Source: Candidatus Methanophagaceae archaeon (GTDB lineage: Archaea > Halobacteriota > Syntropharchaeia > Alkanophagales > Methanospirareceae). From it: DNA of 20,022 nt. Below, piece after piece: positions 1 to 6,183 of the stretch (the first letter of the stretch is position 1; every line of letters begins with the position of its first letter). The position numbers and the translations under genes are program-made. A model generated the notes under the pieces. It was not told the DNA's origin. It made no database searches and saw only the letters and a list, made by a program, of their open reading frames with translations. The stretch is taken from positions 1 through 20,022 of the forward strand of contig PQXB01000005.1 of NCBI GenBank assembly GCA_003194425.1, in the 5' to 3' direction.

Positions 1-88
1 TTTTCTCTGTCCGTGCAAGCCTCATTAGATACGCAGATGTAGAATCTTGCACCAGTACAAGGTTATCCAGCCAATTAGTCTCAGCCAT
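1..88 (-). CDS. hypothetical protein, N-terminal part only (continues beyond window start); N-terminus weakly PIN/toxin-like
   Basis: My own minus-strand translation starts at ATG 88..86 and reads MAETNWLDNLVLVQDSTSAYLMRLARTEK, open to position 1. The start overlaps the stop of the upstream 52-aa ORF (ATGGCTGA, 8-nt overlap). It is too short within the window to appear in the ORF track. Confidence 0.3.
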   Translation of the reverse strand, partial: MAETNWLDNLVLVQDSTSAYLMRLARTEK

Positions 89-239
89 CAGTAGAACCCG
101 CATGCTTTCTTTTCTCTTTCTCCTTGTACTCTGCAACCGCTTCTGGGACTACATCCTTCAAAACACCCCAAACCTTTCTTATCTCTGGATCTTTTAATAC
201 CTCTTTTCGCATTTCCTCTTCGGTAAGTTTTTTAGCCAT
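81..239 (-). CDS. small charged hypothetical protein (52 aa), possible antitoxin-like partner of the downstream ORF
   Basis: My own translation gives MAKKLTEEEMRKEVLKDPEIRKVWGVLKDVVPEAVAEYKEKEKRKHAGSTDG plus TGA. An SD-like GGTAGAGG lies directly upstream (about 241..250). The ORF overlaps the next ORF. It falls below the ORF-track size cutoff. Confidence 0.35.
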   Translation of the reverse strand: MAKKLTEEEMRKEVLKDPEIRKVWGVLKDVVPEAVAEYKEKEKRKHAGSTDG

Positions 240-268
240 TCCTCTACCTCTTATAATAGTTATCCCTT

Positions 269-562
269 TTACTTTAATATATTTTTCTCTACAAACAGAT
301 TTCTACCGACAAGGCAGTCAATATCCAACTTTGGATGCAGGTCGACACCCACAATCTCCAATTTCTTTGTTAATCCGTTCACGCTCATTACACCTTTGAA
401 GACAGGCAATATTAAAGTCCCACCAGGGATAACTATCTCCTGCTCCCTTACCTGTTTAAGCGACAAATCCTCGCATATCGCCCGCGGTGCAGTAGTCGGC
501 GCCGGAATCCATAGTCTTCTTTCATTTTTATCACCTACGTATTTCTGTTTAAGTTTTGGCAT
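269..562 (-). CDS. retropepsin-like (clan AA) aspartic protease homolog, apparently frame-disrupted around the catalytic motif
   Basis: The 97-aa ORF has a C-terminal two thirds (ICEDLSLKQVREQEIVIPGGTLILPVFKGVMSVNG...LVGRNLFVE) that follows the pattern of small prokaryotic retropepsin-like proteases. The expected D-S/T-G-A-D motif is not in this frame. It appears as MDSGADYCTAG in a different frame at 456..512. Confidence 0.5.
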   Translation of the reverse strand: MPKLKQKYVGDKNERRLWIPAPTTAPRAICEDLSLKQVREQEIVIPGGTLILPVFKGVMSVNGLTKKLEIVGVDLHPKLDIDCLVGRNLFVEKNILK

Positions 563-700
563 ATATATTTATTTGTTTTGTCTTTGCACTCGCAACACCG
601 CTCGCGCAAGCCAAGAAGAGCAAAGCAAATGCAACCGCCGCCAAAACATTATCTTTGAGTGATTTATTTTTTCTTTTTCCTTCTCTTAGGTAAGAACAAA

Positions 701-2152
701 ATGTTTGACCTTATGAAGAAGATGCTGCAGAGGGCGTTGAAGGAGAGTGAGTGCGAGCAGGCGGAGATTTACGGAGAGCGGGGTGATGTTTTGAGCGTCG
801 ATCTTGAGCGGTCGGAGGTGAAGAAGGTGAAGCACATAAAAAGCACGGGCGTTGGCGTGCGGGTAGTCGTTTCAAAAAAAATCGGGTTCTCTTACACCAC
901 CGCTCTCGACGAGGCGAGCGTCGAGAAATGCGTGGAACAGGCGGTAAAACAGGCGAGGGTCTCGGAGCAAGACCCTGATTTTCCTGGGCTGCCTGCTCCT
1001 GCTGCTGCCTCAAAACGAAAACGCAGCAACCGCTACACGAAGCCTGAAAAGACTTTTGACGCCAGAATTGTTGAACTGCTTGGTTCTGAAGGCGGGTGCG
1101 AGGACGCGATAAAATGCTGTAGAGAAATGCTGGCAGGGACGGAGGAGTGCGAGGTGAGCCGCGAGGTGAGACGCGGGGTGAAACGCGGGGTGAAACGCGG
1201 GGTGAAATGCAGCCCGACCGAGGGCAGTTTCGCAGCGGCTCACAGCGAGACTTTCGTCTTGAACTCCGAAGGTGTCGAAGCGAGCGACGCAGGGACTTTC
1301 GTCTCCGCTGGAATCGCAGTCGTTGCGAGCGAAAATAAAGGAGAAGAGACCTCGGGCTGGGAGAGCAAGGCAAGCAGGGCGCTCAGCGAGCTGGATTTCC
1401 AGTGGGTCGGCAGAGAGGCAGTGAAAATGGCAGTGGGCAGTCTGGGTGGCAAGCGACTAAAGACCGCCGAGATTCCCGTCGTCTTCTCGCCCCGCGCCCT
1501 TCAAAGCCTCTTCGCCTACACCCTAATTCCGCAACTCAACGCCGAGAACGTGCAGCGAAAACAGTCCCCCTACCACGACAAAAAAGGGGAGGTGGTCGGC
1601 TCTGAAATCCTCACAATCGTGGACGACGGCACGACTCCGTCGGGACTGAACAGCCGAAAAATGGACGGCGAGGGCGTCCCCTCTCAAGCCACAACTTTGG
1701 TCGAGAACGGAGTGCTGAAGAATTTCCTTTACGACTCTTACACCGCCGCCAAAGACGACACCGAGAGCACAGGCAACGCAACACGAGGCTTCGACAACCT
1801 ACCCAGCCCCGGAGCAACGAACTTCATTTTAAGCGGGGGCGGCGGAAGAGGAAGCCGAAGAGGAAGCCGAGCGTCTAAAGAAGAAATGCTCGGCGAAATT
1901 CGTGAGGGTCTTTTTGTTAGCGACTTAATCGGAGCACACACCGCCTCGCGAGCCTCTGGCGACTTCTCAGTCGTCGCACAGAACGCGTTCGGCGTTCGAA
2001 ATGGGGAGTTGTACCCAGTCGCACAGGTGATGCTCTCGGGCAACACGCAAGAGGTGTTAAGACGCGTGGAACTGTTTGGAACAGACACGAGGCAGATTTA
2101 CAACCTCGTCTCCCCCTCTGTCAAGGTCTCGAAGGTCCAGGTCGTGTCGTAA
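701..2152 (+). CDS. pmbA: PmbA/TldD-family (peptidase U62) protein
   Basis: This is ORF 659..2152, trimmed to ATG 701 (MFDLMKKMLQRAL...). Family-typical segments include GVGVRVV, GNATRG and HTASRASGDFS, and there is no HExxxH motif, which makes it PmbA-like. It contains two tandem-repeat insertions, at 1151..1210 and 1847..1870. Confidence 0.85.
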   Translation: MFDLMKKMLQRALKESECEQAEIYGERGDVLSVDLERSEVKKVKHIKSTGVGVRVVVSKKIGFSYTTALDEASVEKCVEQAVKQARVSEQDPDFPGLPAPAAASKRKRSNRYTKPEKTFDARIVELLGSEGGCEDAIKCCREMLAGTEECEVSREVRRGVKRGVKRGVKCSPTEGSFAAAHSETFVLNSEGVEASDAGTFVSAGIAVVASENKGEETSGWESKASRALSELDFQWVGREAVKMAVGSLGGKRLKTAEIPVVFSPRALQSLFAYTLIPQLNAENVQRKQSPYHDKKGEVVGSEILTIVDDGTTPSGLNSRKMDGEGVPSQATTLVENGVLKNFLYDSYTAAKDDTESTGNATRGFDNLPSPGATNFILSGGGGRGSRRGSRASKEEMLGEIREGLFVSDLIGAHTASRASGDFSVVAQNAFGVRNGELYPVAQVMLSGNTQEVLRRVELFGTDTRQIYNLVSPSVKVSKVQVVS

Positions 2153-2156
2153 GTTT

Positions 2157-2175
2157 GGAGGATCCTCCTTTTGTT
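2157..2175 (+). terminator. short palindrome ggaggatcctcc followed by TTTTGTT, possible pmbA terminator
   Basis: A perfect 12-nt palindrome begins 5 nt after the pmbA stop codon and is followed by a T-tract. Archaeal termination typically uses oligo-T. Confidence 0.35.
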
Positions 2176-2405
2176 GACGGCAAGAAACCTATTTAAATAA
2201 TCGTTGCCAACGTCGGCGGATCTGTCGCTGTCCCAGAGCCTCCTCGAACTCCCAACGAGTCACCTCCGCAAGGGCGGATGCTTTGCCTGAGAAAAACACG
2301 CCTCGCTAGATAAAGTGCCAACGCCAGTTCCTTTCGCAACTCCCTCCGCTTCCACCTCGCCAGGCGGTAGTCAGAGTGCAGCCACAACACCCCTGCCTAC
2401 TCTGC

Positions 2406-3422
2406 CTACTCTCTCTCACCTACTCCTCCTTCACCCAGCCCAGCACAACGAGCCAAACTCTCCGCCTGCGTGCGTGCCTTTGCAAGCAGACAGCCCACCG
2501 TCTCACGCTCGTACACACACGCATTTACCGAGAGGTTCAAGGCGTCCGAGTAAGCCTTCTGAAGCAGTGGTTTTATCGTCAACGCCGTCGGGTAAGCGAT
2601 TTCCAAAGCCAAAGCCTGCGATTTCACGCTCGCTTCTGCCAACAGACTGCCGACAGTGAAACGAGTGGGGTAGTCGTATTTTATATGCGTGGCGACCGAG
2701 AAAGCCGCTCTCGCTACCTCCTTCAAGTCCGCAAAATACTTCGTAGTGTCAATTTGAAGAACCTCGGGCGTGAACAAGACTTGAGACTCGCAGTCAAAGA
2801 CGGCACACAAGTCCAGCCCCTCTTTAACAGGATAAATTTCAAGCCTCGCCAACATCTCGGCAAGCCCAGGAGAGACACGCTCGCCCTCCGCAACCGCAAC
2901 CTTCCTCTTTTTTATCGTTACCTTTCCGCCCGAAATCCCCGCGGGAATGCCCAAGTTCTGCAACTCCCCTACAACCGGTCCGGGCTTGAGCGAAGTCGGA
3001 CCCTCCTCAATTGCAATCTCGTGAGGAGCGACCGCACCCGCCTTTATTGGCGCTGGTATTTTCCCCGCCTCCAACACTTTGAAGAGCTCAAAAGCGTCCA
3101 AATCAGTAAAAATCAAACCCGTTTGGTCTTCTACAAAATCCACCATTTCCTGCATTCCACTTCCAGTTCCACTTCCAGTTCCACTTCCAGTTCCCTTTTC
3201 AGTTCCGCTTCCACTCTCCCGCAGCGAAAGGGAAATAAGGCTGTTCTTCGAGACACGCAACCTCGCTTTCTCCCTGAACTCTTTTCTTATCCGTTGCAGT
3301 TGCTTCGCACCCAGTCCTCGTATCTTCACCACTCCGACGGTCTTGGAGGCTGCAATCGACTCTTTTATCTCCACGACCTGCCCCTTCTTCCACTCCTTCG
3401 CCCGCTTCACTCTCTTCTTCAT
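2406..3422 (-). CDS. rplP0: 50S ribosomal protein L10 / acidic ribosomal protein P0
   Basis: The 338-aa ORF is collinear with archaeal P0. Shared segments include WK..V.E, RVSKNSL, APIKAGAVAP, PGPVVGELQNLGIPA, and three spine helices ending LLAKARTQAESLA. It has a GSGT-repeat insertion at 3157..3216 and an unusually short C-terminal tail. Confidence 0.93.
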   Translation of the reverse strand: MKKRVKRAKEWKKGQVVEIKESIAASKTVGVVKIRGLGAKQLQRIRKEFREKARLRVSKNSLISLSLRESGSGTEKGTGSGTGSGTGSGMQEMVDFVEDQTGLIFTDLDAFELFKVLEAGKIPAPIKAGAVAPHEIAIEEGPTSLKPGPVVGELQNLGIPAGISGGKVTIKKRKVAVAEGERVSPGLAEMLARLEIYPVKEGLDLCAVFDCESQVLFTPEVLQIDTTKYFADLKEVARAAFSVATHIKYDYPTRFTVGSLLAEASVKSQALALEIAYPTALTIKPLLQKAYSDALNLSVNACVYERETVGCLLAKARTQAESLARCAGLGEGGVGERE

Positions 3423-3491
3423 CCTTCTCCTTCCTCTCTCCTTCTCTCCCTCTCCTTCCTTCCTTTCTTCCTCTCTCCTCTTTTCTTCTTC
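3423..3491 (-). repeat. uninterrupted 69-nt polypurine (GA-only on sense strand) tract immediately upstream of the P0 start codon
   Basis: Plus strand 3423..3491 contains only C and T by direct reading. Confidence 0.9.
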
Positions 3492-3500
3492 ACTTGCTTA

Positions 3501-3536
3501 ATTATCTCTTCATAAAAAATTATCTCTTCATAAAAA
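3501..3536. repeat. perfect tandem duplication, 2 x 18 bp (attatctcttcataaaaa)
   Basis: Direct reading shows that 3501..3518 equals 3519..3536. The element lies in the P0 upstream region and contains TATA-like TTTTTATG on the minus strand. Confidence 0.95.
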
Positions 3537-3554
3537 ACATTTATTGGTTTTAAA

Positions 3555-4409
3555 TCACAACTCAAAAAAAGGCATCCTCCTCATCCAGACGCTCACCGCT
3601 CTCCTCGCCTGTTCCGGGTTCGCGAAATTCTTTTCTACGCAGTCGTCTTCGGGATTTCCGATGAACGGGTTTAGTGTCCTCTTCTCCAGATCCGCCACCC
3701 AAATCATCGAAACCATTGCCTCTCCAATCTCCTGCCCCTGCTCCCTGAGGAACGAAATAAAAGGCGCCGGGGTCTTCTCTGTCGGAACAACGATTACTTT
3801 CTCTCCGTCTCCTCCCTCTCGCCCCTCTGCGTTCTCCTTCTGCATCTCCTCTACGAAATGCGGAACAAACTTAATCGAAGGAAAAACGAAAATTTGCATT
3901 TTTTCATTTTCATTTTCCTTTTCATTTTTGTTTTCATTTTTGTTTTTACTTTTCACCGCACTCATTTTTACGCACTTATTTTTACGCCCCTCGTTTTCAA
4001 TTTGGTACCCGCACCGCACCAAAACATCCCTCACCACGCCCTCCAAAGCACTTAGCGGGCTTCTCAGCCGTGCCCACCGCAGAAAAGCAGCCTCCAACTC
4101 TGCACTTAAGTAGCGGTGCGTCGGGAGGCAGTAAAAGACCTCGCCCTGATAATTTATCCGTGTGTGCAGGTCAGGCGAGAAGACCGAGAGCTTCTCGTCC
4201 CTCGTCGTTACGCTCTTGAAAATCGCTTCTTCCAAACCTTCGCCAACTCCAACCCGCCTCTCCAACGCTTCTCTTTCCGCCTCGCCGAGCGACGCTACAC
4301 ACTCCTTTATTTTCAACGCCAGTTCGCCCTCTGAAATTACTTTGCACTCCTGGCAACAGTCCGAGAGGTCGTTAAATATTTTTAACAATGTTTTTTTCAT
4401 CTTTTTCAT
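3555..4409 (-). CDS. hypothetical protein (about 284 aa), no family recognised
   Basis: This is ORF 3555..4460, trimmed to ATG 4409 (MKKMKKTLLKIF...) because the 4460 start is a TTG within A/T-rich sequence. Amino-acid composition is sensible, unlike the antisense ORF 3544..4113. It contains a KNKNENKNEKENENEK low-complexity insert at about 3899..3954. Confidence 0.7.
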   Translation of the reverse strand: MKKMKKTLLKIFNDLSDCCQECKVISEGELALKIKECVASLGEAEREALERRVGVGEGLEEAIFKSVTTRDEKLSVFSPDLHTRINYQGEVFYCLPTHRYLSAELEAAFLRWARLRSPLSALEGVVRDVLVRCGYQIENEGRKNKCVKMSAVKSKNKNENKNEKENENEKMQIFVFPSIKFVPHFVEEMQKENAEGREGGDGEKVIVVPTEKTPAPFISFLREQGQEIGEAMVSMIWVADLEKRTLNPFIGNPEDDCVEKNFANPEQARRAVSVWMRRMPFFEL

Positions 4410-4442
4410 TATAAAATAAAGATAAAAAAAAGGTGGAGAGAA

Positions 4443-5798
4443 ATGAAAGAAATAACCCAAAGAAAAGAAATAACCCGAAAATTCGCATTCGCAACCCGCG
4501 TTAAAAACATAGAAATCTCAGGCATTCGCAGGGCGTTTGAGGCTGCATCCGCTGCGTCCGGCTCTGCCGACTCCCCCTCCCCCGCTCGTACTCCCTCCCC
4601 CGCTCGCACTCCCTCCAGCACCCACTCCAGCACCCCAGCCCGCACCTTCAACCTCGGTCTCGGCGAGCCGGACTTCGAGACCCCGGAGCACATAAAAGAA
4701 GCGGCGGTGCAGGCTCTCAAGTCTGGCTTCACCTCCTACACCCCCAACAAAGGAATACCCGAACTGCGAGAGGCGTTGAGCGAGAAGTTCAAGCGTGAAA
4801 ACCACTTCTCGGTCAGCCCCGAGGAAATAATCGTCACCTCAGGAGCGAGCGAGGCGTTGCACCTCGCTCTTCTCGCAGCGGTGGAGAAGGGGGACGAGGT
4901 CTTGGTGCCGAACCCTGGTTTTGTCTCTTTCGCCCCACTAACAAGACTGGCGGAGGCGAAGCCGGTGGGAGTTCCGCTGAGCGAGGGCGAAGACAAAAAC
5001 GAAGGCTTCACGATGTCTGCAGAGGCGGTGAAGGAAAGAATTACGAGCAGAACGAAAGCACTCATTCTAAACTCCCCCGCAAACCCAACAGGTGCAGTAG
5101 AAAGCGAGGAGAACCTAAAAGCACTCGTTGAAATCGCCAACGACCACCGCCTGACCCTGATTTCAGACGAGGTTTACGAGCGTTTTATTTACGACGACGG
5201 CTTGACGCACACCAGCCCTGCGAGCCTCTCTGAGGTTGCTGGCGCTGGCTTTGACGAGAAAGGTAGAGGGGGGGTTGTCACTGTGAACGCGGTCTCAAAG
5301 ACCTACGCGATGACCGGTTTTCGGTTGGGCTACCTCACGGCGCGGGAGGAGTACGTGGAGCAAATGCTGAAAATCCACCAGTACATTCAGGCGTGTGCGT
5401 CCTCAATTTCGCAGCGAGCGGCGCTGGCTGCTCTCACGGGTCCTCAAGACTGCGTGGCTGCGATGAAGAGCGAGTTTAAACGCAGGCGGGACTTCGTTGT
5501 CGCTGCTCTTCGCGAAATGCAGCGGGCGGGGTTGGAATTGGAATTCTCTGTTCCGAGAGGGGCGTTCTACATTTTTCCGCGGGTGCGGGACGAAACAGAA
5601 TTCGTGACGGCGCTGCAGCGGCGGGGGGTAGTCGTAACGCCGGGATCTGCTTTTGGCAGTCGCGGGAAGGACCACGTGCGAATCTCCTACGCTGCGAGTC
5701 TTGAGGTTTTGAAGCGGGCGTTCGAGGTAATTCAAGACCAGCCTCTCCGCTTCGGCAGCGCCGACCGCCTCGACGACGGAGGGCGTGGTGCTTTGTAA
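4443..5798 (+). CDS. aspC: pyridoxal-phosphate-dependent class I aminotransferase (aspartate aminotransferase-like)
   Basis: Family motifs present are GLGEPDFETP, NSPANPTG and SKTYAMTGFRLGY (the PLP lysine). An SD-like GGTGGAG lies upstream of the ATG. The N-terminal SPARTP-type repeat insertion is at 4572..4646. Confidence 0.9.
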   Translation: MKEITQRKEITRKFAFATRVKNIEISGIRRAFEAASAASGSADSPSPARTPSPARTPSSTHSSTPARTFNLGLGEPDFETPEHIKEAAVQALKSGFTSYTPNKGIPELREALSEKFKRENHFSVSPEEIIVTSGASEALHLALLAAVEKGDEVLVPNPGFVSFAPLTRLAEAKPVGVPLSEGEDKNEGFTMSAEAVKERITSRTKALILNSPANPTGAVESEENLKALVEIANDHRLTLISDEVYERFIYDDGLTHTSPASLSEVAGAGFDEKGRGGVVTVNAVSKTYAMTGFRLGYLTAREEYVEQMLKIHQYIQACASSISQRAALAALTGPQDCVAAMKSEFKRRRDFVVAALREMQRAGLELEFSVPRGAFYIFPRVRDETEFVTALQRRGVVVTPGSAFGSRGKDHVRISYAASLEVLKRAFEVIQDQPLRFGSADRLDDGGRGAL

Positions 5799-6151
5799 GG
5801 GCGTCTCGTCTGCTTCCCGCACCGCAGACAGGTCGTCGTTAAGTTCTCGCCCTTGAGCCGAACTCGTGCATTTCTGCCAGGAATCAAGAACGCGTGGCAG
5901 TTCTTGCAGAACCTCATTTTTAAATGCCTTGGTATTCGCACGCGGTACCGCATCCCGATCTTACGGGCAAGTTGCACGTACCTCTCGCTTCGGTCTCGCC
6001 CTCCTTCGTCTCTCCCACTTCCCGCGGTCGTCTTCGTTGCTTCTGCCTCTGCCTCTGCTTCTGCTTCTGCCTCCGCCTCTACCTCTGCCAGCTCGAAGAG
6101 CCGATTTATCCGCTGCAACGCGAGTTCCCTAAACTTTCTCTTCCCCCGCAT
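5732..6151 (-). CDS. rnp4: RNase P protein component 4 (Rpp21/Rpr2 family)
   Basis: The protein reads RINRLFELA...RYVQLARKIGMRYRVRIPRHLKMRFCKNCHAFLIPGRNARVRL...TCLRCG, which includes a CxxC...CxxC zinc ribbon. The start is set at ATG 6151 (MRGKRKF...). An (EA)n insert lies at 6039..6089. Confidence 0.85.
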   Translation of the reverse strand: MRGKRKFRELALQRINRLFELAEVEAEAEAEAEAEAEATKTTAGSGRDEGGRDRSERYVQLARKIGMRYRVRIPRHLKMRFCKNCHAFLIPGRNARVRLKGENLTTTCLRCGKQTRRPYKAPRPPSSRRSALPKRRGWS

Positions 6152-6183
6152 TTCTAAAACAATAAATAAATGCAAGGTAAAAG

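Noticed and set aside
124-662. Plus-strand ORFs 124..399 and 396..662 lie in the left-edge region.
   Set aside because: Their composition is poor (S/F/I/L-rich), there is no start context, and they overlap better-supported minus-strand ORFs and the pmbA promoter spacer.
711-1373. The ORF track lists long antisense or out-of-frame ORFs. Examples are 711..1373(-), 2376..3515(+), 3544..4113(+), 6844..7629(-), 7653..8141(-), 13346..13942(+), 13597..14487(+), 15802..16200(+), 16914..17465(+), 17351..17914(+) and 11129..11701(+).
   Set aside because: Each lies opposite to, or out of frame with, a gene that has strong family-level similarity. Their translations are R/S/P/L-rich and of low complexity, as expected from stop-poor GC-rich sequence.
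2193-2390. The ORF downstream of P0 could be the expected L12/P1 gene.
   Set aside because: Translation in all three minus-strand frames shows no L12-like N-terminal dimerisation helix, no Ala/Glu-rich linker and no GLGALF-type C-terminus. Whether the ORF is coding at all remains unresolved.
2397-2408. The two in-frame TAG codons at the end of P0 could indicate pyrrolysine decoding or programmed readthrough into the 65-codon downstream frame.
   Set aside because: TAG clearly terminates the histone (9362..9364) and nadM (9450..9452) at family-typical C-termini. In addition, the downstream frame (LWLHSDYRLARWKRRE...) bears no resemblance to a P0/P1 acidic tail.
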